64,000 bases of DNA from Prorocentrum cordatum (Eukaryota), in the NCBI GenBank assembly GCA_963575745.1, contig CAUYUJ010000304.1:1-64000 (forward strand), read 5' to 3'. Below the pieces are notes generated by a model. The model was not told where the DNA came from and searched no databases. It worked only from the letters and a program-made list of their open reading frames with translations. Numbering within the stretch: the stretch's first letter is position 1; each line of letters begins with the position of its first letter. Positions 63,857 to 64,000 of this stretch are shown piece by piece. The translations under genes and the position numbers were made by a program.

Positions 63857-64000
63857 ATATGAGGACGGGTGGCGAGGACGCAAGACCTTGGGAGGCCGGC
63901 CGAAGCCGGGACTCTGGGGCGGCGGGCGGCCCGCGAGCGCGGGACAGGGCGGGCCGCAGAGGCAGGGACGCGGGGGCGCCCTGGCCGAAGGCGCGCGCCC

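Overview
Repeat-saturated, GC-rich eukaryotic DNA. It is most likely a dinoflagellate (inferred from a degenerate dinoflagellate spliced-leader copy, GC/GA-type splice donors and the transposon types). Almost all ORFs in the supplied track are artefacts of microsatellites or antisense frames. The main feature is a complete ~7.27 kb tyrosine-recombinase (DIRS-order) retrotransposon on the minus strand (11107-18377) with split direct repeats (A1...B1-A2-B2). It encodes, in order: a small Cys-rich membrane-like ORF, a gag-like ORF, a pol (RT + RNase H) fused to a C5-cytosine methyltransferase domain, and a tyrosine recombinase. The recombinase ORF appears to start ~1.2 kb upstream of its core, overprinted on the methyltransferase and preceded by a pyrimidine tract/AG. 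The element sits without a target-site duplication inside a dispersed repeat whose uninterrupted paralogue (the empty site) lies at 6123-6990. Also present: two Helitron Rep/helicase relics and three Helitron-like hairpin-CTAG termini, several LINE relics (one beginning with a spliced-leader relic), a Copia-like gag relic, MITE-like elements, a 704-bp tandem duplication, large microsatellites, a 100-N gap and a few low-confidence host exons. Decayed elements appear to show a recurrent T>C/A>G substitution bias. All calls come from reading motifs by eye; no database searches were run.
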